A stretch of DNA of 27,823 nt, taken from IMG/VR virus record IMGVR_UViG_3300025296_000094, positions 1 through 27,823 of that record. One strand, 5' to 3'. Source of the DNA: a virus (taxonomy: Duplodnaviria > Caudoviricetes). The notes under the pieces are model-generated. The model was not told where the DNA came from. It made no database searches and was given only the letters and a program-made list of their open reading frames with translations. Made by a program: the position numbers and the translations under genes. Shown one piece after another: positions 8,992 to 16,241 of this stretch (its first letter is position 1; each line of letters opens with the position of its first letter).

Positions 8992-11900
8992 ATGCCTCCA
9001 GAATCTTCGGCTCAAGCGCAGGCGCGGGCTTTCTTAGCCCAAATGTTGCAGCAGCCCGGTAGTCCAGCGCAGGTACGGGCTATTCAGCGGCTGATGGAGA
9101 GTGTTACACACGATGAGCAGACTGCACATGAGGTGTTACGGCGTCTTGGGGGGCAGTCTGTCCCTGACGTTGCACCTCCTAGTGTAGTACCCCCGACACA
9201 GCCTCCACCAGTACCGTCGCCTGCTCCTACTGTGGAAGGGGTAAGACGGCCTGCTCCTGAGATACCAAGTGGCCCAGGGTCACTGCCTCCTGGGATGCGG
9301 GGGATAGCCCCCACCCCACGGACAGCAGCGGAGACAGCCGAGGTACAGAGACGTCGGATATCTGGGATCACGAAGACTGCCCCAGCTCCCATAGATAGAC
9401 CAGCCCCTCCACCTGAGCCATTGCAATATCAACAGCAGTCGCAGGGCCTCTGGGGATCAGACCCAGAGCGGGCCGAAGAGCTGCTAGATTTTGCGCATGG
9501 GGTGGAGCTGTGGGATCTCCCCGCACTGGGGTATGAGATTAAGCGGGGCGCTAGGCCGTTTGTCCAAGGGCTCGTACAGCAGGCCAAGAAGGAAGGGAAG
9601 AAACTAACCCTCAAAGCCCTACGGCCCTACCTGGCAAAGAAGGTTGCGAAAGCGGCAGTACCTGCAGCATTTGGCCCTGCTGGGGCAGCGGCTGGGACTG
9701 CGTTAGGGATTGGCAGCACCGCATGGGATGTTGCCAAACTTGGGGGTCGACTGGCCAAGGGTGGGTGGCAGAATATTCCGCGAGCTAATCTGGCGCAGCG
9801 TATCGGGCGGGGAGTTTCGGCTCCCATTGCAGCCACTGCAGGCGCTGCCCGTATTGGGGAAGGCGTCCTGAGTGGAGATCCCCTTGGTGTGGGGTTGGGG
9901 ATTGGTGAGATTGGTTTAGGGGTAGCGTTACCTGCAGGCCTTGCCAGTACTGCAAGCCGCCGAGCCGCACGGACAGAGGCCGGAGAAGGTGCATTCTCAA
10001 CAGCCCTGGAGTATCTCAGTGGGACTCCCTCACCTGCAGCCGAAGATATCTATCGTCGTGTGCCGGACCTTCCTGCACCGGAGCCCCTCACACCGAAAGA
10101 CGCCACACCTTCAGTAACTGGCCGAACGCGGAAGCGCCCTGCTCCCACAGGTCCATCAGGGCAGCGGGTTGTTGATGAGGCCCAACGCCCCACGCCTCCA
10201 CCGGGAGAGGTTGCCCCGACAACTCGTGTGACCGACTTGGGACTCACAGTGCCAACCGGGAAGAAACCCCGTAGGGCCTTCCGCACAGTACTGAAGAGTG
10301 TTGTCGAGGCGGCATCTCCAACAGAAAAGGGGAGAGGGGTAAACAATAGACGGGTCGAGGCCATTATCGAGGAGGCCAAGAAGGATCCCACCGGCAACAC
10401 CCAAGCGTCTCAATGGGTCAAAGAAGCCCTGGCTACACACTATAAGGTCCCGCCTGACGAGCTTGTGGCACCTGTGCGAGGGCGCAAGCGCACGCGCAAG
10501 CCTAAGCCTCCTGCTGCGCCAGAGGTCCCTGAGGCAGCAGCGCAGCCTAGCAAGATTCCCTATAGCTCAAACCCTGAGCTGGGCACTGCAGACGAGCAGG
10601 AGGCATGGCGTGTTGCGACAAGGCTTGTGGGTACCGAGGCAGATGACGCCTGGGATCTTGTAGAGTCAACAGACATCAAAAACGTCAACAGGCTAGCCCA
10701 TCAGATCTTGCAAGGCGACCTCAAGGGGTCAGGCCTGGACCCTGAAGAGATGCAGGCTGCCCAGCAAGCCATCCTGGAGGGGGTCACAGCTAAGAGGGCT
10801 CAACTGGACCAGCTCCTCAAGGGGGAGCCAGCGCAAGTTGTCGATGAGGTCGTGGATGAGGTTCAGGCCCCAGCACCCACGGGGGTACTTGAGGGTAGAG
10901 GTGATCCCATCCCTGAAGGCTTCGAACGTTTGGTGCTCCCGAAAGGGGCAGAGTCTGTCGAACATAAATCAGGAATCTTCAAGCGTGCGCGGGAGGTGGT
11001 ATCAGACACCTTCGGGATGCCCATCTCAACGAAGCCCAGAGGGAATACGGACCTCAATCGGTTGACTGGGCAGATCCTTACGCGCCCAGAGGATCTCCAA
11101 CAAGCGAATCTCCGTAATCAGATTATCCGTGAGGTTATGGGTGAGGGCGCACTGGTTGAGACTCCCAAGGTGCCCAAGGTCCGAACACCGCGTACCACCA
11201 AGGTCACCAAGGAAGCGGGCGAAGAGGTCATAGATCCCACAGTGGTCGAAGAGGTTGCTGATGTCGTACCCATACCACCAGAAACGGGCGCAGCGGCTCG
11301 TGTGGTGGCGGCCACCCCCGAACAACTCGACGAGCTGGATACGGGATTTGAGCAGCTGGTGTCTGACATCCGCAATCTCGCTGATGAGGACTTGGGTGAA
11401 GAACTCGCTGATGCTCGCCTTGGGTGGGAGGAGGTGTTTGAGCGTGCAGTCGACCGCACGAGAGTCGGAGTCGAAGGGATACAACACCCTGCAGGAGGCA
11501 CTGTAGCTGCACGGGAACAGGTGTTAGAGATTGCGGATGAGCTGATCGCCCAGACAGACGCACTGGACCCCGAGGCCCAAGCCTATGTGAATACCCTCCG
11601 TGAACGGCACGGTGAGGTGGGTGGGGCGATGGCGAAGGTGGATGCCCCGACTGGATCCCCGCGATTACCACGCACCGATCCCCCAACTGCAGGGGAAGCC
11701 GGTGTCAAAGCCGTACCCACTGAATATACTGCCAAACAGCTCCAGGGGCGGAGTAAGCGGGTTCTACAGCTCAGGGAGGACTATCTCAAGGTTGAAGGCG
11801 CAACCAAAAAGACCTGGAACGCTGCCAAGAGGGGGAATGAAGCAGCCCTGCGATCGGTCAATGCCACGCTTGGACGGGCACACGGCACAGGGGCTACGGG

Positions 11901-14900
11901 AGAAGTGGCAGGGCCTGCCCGCCAGCTTGAAATAGCACGCGGAGCTGCTGAAGTTCCGAAATCGCCGGAGCAGCTGCTCCATTTAGCTGAGCAAGCGAGA
12001 GAGGAAGCGACGGCCCTGGCGAGCCGCGCACGCGCAGTAGAGGGTGCTGAAGAAATTACTGAGCAGGGGCGTGTGTTGTCTGACGTGCCCACCATGGTGG
12101 GGAAACTCAAGACACCACAGGAAGCGCTTACTTTCACCATCAAGTTGCAGCGTAGTGTCACTGCGATCCAGGAGGACTTGGTTGCTGTACTGAATCAGAT
12201 TGCAGACCTGCCCGCGCATAAGGATTTCTTTACGCGGACTGGCTCAGGGCCCACCAAATGGGAAACCGAAGCCAAGCAACTGATCGCTAAAAGACGCCAG
12301 TTGCGGACTGATCTTGAAGACCAGGAAGCGGCGTTAAGCGCCCTGCAAGAGCAAGCACGTACACACGAAGGGGTTTTCTTTGAGCGCACACGTGCGGGAG
12401 ATGTCCCCTCCGAGCAACGGGCTCCTGTTCCGACTGCGCTTACAGACCTGAACACCACGATCCCCGCACTGCAACGGAAGGTGGGTGGCACATCAGTCGA
12501 AGACGAAATCAGGGAGGTCTTTAAGGGGCGCTCGTCAACAGTGGAAGGGGCTACGCAAGCTGATGTGCTCTTGGACAGCATACGCCGGTATGCAGAGGCT
12601 GTACAAACAGGTGTCGTTGGTACCACGAGGGGCGCTGCAAAACTCTTCAGTACACACCTTGAGAATCTGGCCTTACATTTGGTGGATGCTGCGAACGAAG
12701 CAGGCCGCGTGACTCCCCGTAAGCTGGATCCGCCAGGGGCAACAGAGGCGAAACTAGGGCGCAAACCCTATGGGAAACTCAAGTTTGCAGGGGAAGGGCA
12801 GAGAGGGTGGACGCTTCGAGGATTTGGGCCAGGGAAGGGGAGCATGCCTGGTACACGTACCGGGAAAGACGAGGGCTTTACTTTCTTTCAATCCTTCGAT
12901 GCTGACATGGCGGACCCTGACGTGCGGGAAGCAGTACATAAGGATGCCATCAATAGTCTCCAGGCAGCCTTTGGACGGATTCAGCAAGAGGGGCAAGCGG
13001 CAGGAGAAGCGGCGATTCCCGTGAGTGGCGTCCCATTCCAGGATGTCATGAAACTGGTAGAGGTGCTGGAGGGCGCAAATGCTCCCGAGCAGGGGCAGCG
13101 TATCTGGACACAGTTCGTGCGGATGAACTGGGCACGCCGACAGGCCCTGAAAGCTGAGGGGTTGATGCAGACGATCTGGTCTGACCCTACGGCCCCGAAA
13201 CAACCGTTTGATGACGAGTTCATGGATGTGTTTCAAGCACTCTATGATGGATCTGTTAACGAGATTACCCGCTGGGCCAATGCCATAGCGACATCCCAAC
13301 TACCACCAGGTACTGTAAAGTGGAAGCCTTCCACAAAAGCGAGTCTCCTCCGCTATGAACAGGGGACGGATACACCTCGACGTGCCCATGAGAAGTTATG
13401 GCAGCAAGATATTGACGTACCCCGTGCCAACCTTACAGCCTGGCGTACACGGCGATCAGTAGAACCCGTACAGCAGATGATGTCTCAACCAGCAGGGGTA
13501 GAGGGCCTAACCGTTGAGCGGATGGGACAGGAGTTGGATGACTATTTGAAGGCTGTGAACTCGGCTGTTGAGGCGGCCCTTGGGGCCAGGACTGGGGGTA
13601 ACACCCTCAACTTGATGATGAATGTTGGGATGATCCCTCGCAAGCATCTACCAGCAGCTATATCCGGTACTGTTGGGGGCCTGGGTGGCTGGGAGCAAGG
13701 CGAAAATATTGTAGCCGAAGAGGGCATGACAGGCCTACCCGCAGCAGCGACACGGCTCGCTACGACAGCAGGGGGTATGGCGTTTGGGGCTACCACACCA
13801 GGGTATCTGGCTCCTCGCCTGATTACGTCGGCGAAGGGGACAATCAAAACAGCAACCAAGGCTGGGTCCTTGATGATGAATTGGTTGCTCTCCAGTCCAC
13901 GTTCGATCCTCAAAGCCTGGATGGGAGCCCACAATGGGACCATCTATGCAGGTAATGAGCGCATATTGGAGGGTTTGTACTCGCAGCTGGGGAGTCTACA
14001 ACTGAAACGCACCGCTACGACGCCGCGGCAGAAGGAGCGGGCAATCAAAGCCGAGACACAAGGGCGTGCTTTAGTCAAAGATGGGCTCAATATTCTGAAG
14101 GGTGTTGCTGGGGAGGATCTCCGCTTTGCCGCTAACCTGGTACCCAAAGCAGTGCGGAAACACCTGGGAGCTTTTGATGCCTTCGCAGACAAGAGCCTGA
14201 TTAAACAGGTGTTCGGGTTGGATGTGACAACGCCTGAAGGTAAGCAGGCGATGCGGGGCTTATCCGCCCAGTTCAGCCGGATGACTGATGAACAGTTCGA
14301 GGCGTTGCTGGAGTCTGACCGACTCGATGGGCGGCTCAGTAATGCCATTATTGGGAGACTGTTTCGGTCAGCGGACTGGGCGTTTCAGAACATCATGACC
14401 AAGAACAACGTGCCCTTTGAGAAGGCACGGCAGTACACCCTGACCGGGAAGCTCGATACAGCAGATGCACAGCGGGTCATGGATTTCTTCCAGCCCCCGA
14501 AAGGCCCCACGAGTACTCTAGGGACTGTCGCCAAGAAGCTCGTCTCGCCCGTGCCACGTGTAGGGTTACAGGCCTTGGAGCGGGGGGTCGAACGTACGCT
14601 TGCGCCCGTGCATTACCTGGCCAAGCGTGCCATGGGGGCTCCGCAGGTCCGTCCGTCCCAGAGTCCGTTTGGCAAGCTCACCCCTCGAAGTACCCCGGAT
14701 GCGTTAGCTAAACTGACCACGGCAGGAGGCGCTGCGGGGGTGGGGGCACTTGGGACAGAGCACCTGAACCCCCGGTTACAGCCTATGTTTGCAGCGTTCA
14801 TGGGACCTGGTGCGATCCCAGCGACAGCAGCGGCGGGCGTCATGGAGGGACTGCGTGCAGGTACAAACCCCCTGACCGGGGCTATCTCCCGTATTAGCCG

Positions 14901-15882
14901 TGAGGCAGCTCCTATCAATCTAGAAGGCCAGGCAATTAACACCTCGAATATTGGAGGGGAGCTGTTGCGGCGGCTGGTTGTCCCATCCCACGCCCGGGAT
15001 TGGGCCCAGATAGGGGATTTGGCAGCTCCCGAAGGCCGGATCAGCTCGGGCCCCCAGTTAATGCGGGCACTGGCGGAAGGGTCCTTGGACCTTAGCCGCC
15101 CAGGGGGTGCCTTCCTGGAGAACGCCATGACACTTGGCCCCAAGTGGTCGAGGCCGTGGACCACAGGGGCTGCTGCGGAGCTGATGCTTGCCTCGCCGTA
15201 TCATCGCCAGGGTCTGCCTCCAAAGCCCTTGGTGAACCGTGATGTGATGGGACAGGAAGCCTTCCCGGTAGGGGGATTACCCGCACCACCGACCATCCCA
15301 TTTTTGCAGGAGGGGTGGCAGACACTCCGTCGTCCCTCCACGGAGGCACAAGTGAATGCTGCCGCTGAACTCCTGCGCGGTCCACAACCCCAGACGTTTG
15401 GGTCTGGTGGGGCACAGCCTGTAGCTGATGTGCTGCAAGCCCTGGGACGTGTGGGGTCAGAAGCGGTAGGGCGCACCCTGTTTCCTACGTACCAGTCTAT
15501 GCGGCCTACTGCCCCCACGGGGATCGATCCAGTCCTCCAGGAATTGGCGACCTGGGGGGCTGCTGACTTGGTGCAACAACGTGGGCTGCCTGGATTCACT
15601 CCCGATCCTACAACAGGGGGCGGCCTCCGTGATCCCCTGACGAACCTGCCAACGACACCCCAACGGCGGGGACGGGAACTGGCAGCTGAAGTTGCGGGTC
15701 AGGAGATGGCTGGTATCTATCGCACCGTGCAAGGGATGATGGCTTCTGGTCAGTGGGAGCAGCTATCTGCTAGAGAACGGCGGCTCTTCATTAATCAACT
15801 ACGCCGGAACTTGGGGGCGTTGCCAGGTGGGGGTGGGAATCGAGTCGCTGGTGCGATCTGGAGACGTCCACCTGTACCCTAA
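8992..15882 (+). CDS. Giant internal virion/DNA-ejection protein (2296 aa; T7 gp16/P22 gp16-like position)
   Basis: Last gene of the virion arm. Ala/Gly hydrophobic segments, a central coiled coil, and C-terminal motifs (LLSSPRSILKAWMG, RLFRSADWAF, ARQYTLTG, PVPRVGLQALERGVERT) resembling the C-terminal region of large podoviral ejection proteins. Confidence 0.75.
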   Translation: MPPESSAQAQARAFLAQMLQQPGSPAQVRAIQRLMESVTHDEQTAHEVLRRLGGQSVPDVAPPSVVPPTQPPPVPSPAPTVEGVRRPAPEIPSGPGSLPPGMRGIAPTPRTAAETAEVQRRRISGITKTAPAPIDRPAPPPEPLQYQQQSQGLWGSDPERAEELLDFAHGVELWDLPALGYEIKRGARPFVQGLVQQAKKEGKKLTLKALRPYLAKKVAKAAVPAAFGPAGAAAGTALGIGSTAWDVAKLGGRLAKGGWQNIPRANLAQRIGRGVSAPIAATAGAARIGEGVLSGDPLGVGLGIGEIGLGVALPAGLASTASRRAARTEAGEGAFSTALEYLSGTPSPAAEDIYRRVPDLPAPEPLTPKDATPSVTGRTRKRPAPTGPSGQRVVDEAQRPTPPPGEVAPTTRVTDLGLTVPTGKKPRRAFRTVLKSVVEAASPTEKGRGVNNRRVEAIIEEAKKDPTGNTQASQWVKEALATHYKVPPDELVAPVRGRKRTRKPKPPAAPEVPEAAAQPSKIPYSSNPELGTADEQEAWRVATRLVGTEADDAWDLVESTDIKNVNRLAHQILQGDLKGSGLDPEEMQAAQQAILEGVTAKRAQLDQLLKGEPAQVVDEVVDEVQAPAPTGVLEGRGDPIPEGFERLVLPKGAESVEHKSGIFKRAREVVSDTFGMPISTKPRGNTDLNRLTGQILTRPEDLQQANLRNQIIREVMGEGALVETPKVPKVRTPRTTKVTKEAGEEVIDPTVVEEVADVVPIPPETGAAARVVAATPEQLDELDTGFEQLVSDIRNLADEDLGEELADARLGWEEVFERAVDRTRVGVEGIQHPAGGTVAAREQVLEIADELIAQTDALDPEAQAYVNTLRERHGEVGGAMAKVDAPTGSPRLPRTDPPTAGEAGVKAVPTEYTAKQLQGRSKRVLQLREDYLKVEGATKKTWNAAKRGNEAALRSVNATLGRAHGTGATGEVAGPARQLEIARGAAEVPKSPEQLLHLAEQAREEATALASRARAVEGAEEITEQGRVLSDVPTMVGKLKTPQEALTFTIKLQRSVTAIQEDLVAVLNQIADLPAHKDFFTRTGSGPTKWETEAKQLIAKRRQLRTDLEDQEAALSALQEQARTHEGVFFERTRAGDVPSEQRAPVPTALTDLNTTIPALQRKVGGTSVEDEIREVFKGRSSTVEGATQADVLLDSIRRYAEAVQTGVVGTTRGAAKLFSTHLENLALHLVDAANEAGRVTPRKLDPPGATEAKLGRKPYGKLKFAGEGQRGWTLRGFGPGKGSMPGTRTGKDEGFTFFQSFDADMADPDVREAVHKDAINSLQAAFGRIQQEGQAAGEAAIPVSGVPFQDVMKLVEVLEGANAPEQGQRIWTQFVRMNWARRQALKAEGLMQTIWSDPTAPKQPFDDEFMDVFQALYDGSVNEITRWANAIATSQLPPGTVKWKPSTKASLLRYEQGTDTPRRAHEKLWQQDIDVPRANLTAWRTRRSVEPVQQMMSQPAGVEGLTVERMGQELDDYLKAVNSAVEAALGARTGGNTLNLMMNVGMIPRKHLPAAISGTVGGLGGWEQGENIVAEEGMTGLPAAATRLATTAGGMAFGATTPGYLAPRLITSAKGTIKTATKAGSLMMNWLLSSPRSILKAWMGAHNGTIYAGNERILEGLYSQLGSLQLKRTATTPRQKERAIKAETQGRALVKDGLNILKGVAGEDLRFAANLVPKAVRKHLGAFDAFADKSLIKQVFGLDVTTPEGKQAMRGLSAQFSRMTDEQFEALLESDRLDGRLSNAIIGRLFRSADWAFQNIMTKNNVPFEKARQYTLTGKLDTADAQRVMDFFQPPKGPTSTLGTVAKKLVSPVPRVGLQALERGVERTLAPVHYLAKRAMGAPQVRPSQSPFGKLTPRSTPDALAKLTTAGGAAGVGALGTEHLNPRLQPMFAAFMGPGAIPATAAAGVMEGLRAGTNPLTGAISRISREAAPINLEGQAINTSNIGGELLRRLVVPSHARDWAQIGDLAAPEGRISSGPQLMRALAEGSLDLSRPGGAFLENAMTLGPKWSRPWTTGAAAELMLASPYHRQGLPPKPLVNRDVMGQEAFPVGGLPAPPTIPFLQEGWQTLRRPSTEAQVNAAAELLRGPQPQTFGSGGAQPVADVLQALGRVGSEAVGRTLFPTYQSMRPTAPTGIDPVLQELATWGAADLVQQRGLPGFTPDPTTGGGLRDPLTNLPTTPQRRGRELAAEVAGQEMAGIYRTVQGMMASGQWEQLSARERRLFINQLRRNLGALPGGGGNRVAGAIWRRPPVP

Positions 15883-15885
15883 CTT

Positions 15886-15894
15886 TGATATACT
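15886..15894 (+). promoter_or_regulatory. Possible extended -10 element (TG-A-TATACT) pointing antisense to the replication genes
   Basis: Fills the 20-bp gap between convergent genes; only very short + strand ORFs follow. Confidence 0.35.
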
Positions 15895-15902
15895 ACAGGG
15901 GC

Positions 15903-16241
15903 TCAGTCAGTCTGATGTACTCCTCCTTCGGAGAGGGATGACGGGGCGGGATCATCCCGCTCCGCATTCCGTTTGAGCCACTCTCGATAGTAGGCTTCAA
16001 AGTGCAGGGGCATGACAGGGGTACCCACGAGACAGAGGGGACAGCCAGGACAGGGACCGTGGACACGATTCCAGCCCCAGGTCCATGCGCGTGCAACTGT
16101 GCCCCGTAACGGATTCTCCCACCGCTGGTGTTGACGGCGACAGGCGCTCCCACCCCGTTTGGCGGCACTTCGAATCTGTTGGCGCAGGGGGACCGCAGTG
16201 GACGTAGCCGGATCTTTGCGTACGCGGTGGCTAGAGGACAT
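15903..16241 (-). CDS. Small protein with Rmf/CrpP-like motif and Cys cluster (112 aa)
   Basis: ATG overlaps the end of the polymerase gene. AAKRGGSA-x9-NPL-x7-WTWGW parallels RMF AHQRGYQA-x9-CPY-x8-WLGGW. Followed by HGPCPGCPLC. Confidence 0.6.
   Translation of the reverse strand: MSSSHRVRKDPATSTAVPLRQQIRSAAKRGGSACRRQHQRWENPLRGTVARAWTWGWNRVHGPCPGCPLCLVGTPVMPLHFEAYYREWLKRNAERDDPAPSSLSEGGVHQTD

Noticed and set aside
15920-15937. CTTCGG-containing hairpin as a terminator between the arms
   Set aside because: Only 3-4 contiguous pairs, no U-tract, and it lies inside a CDS.
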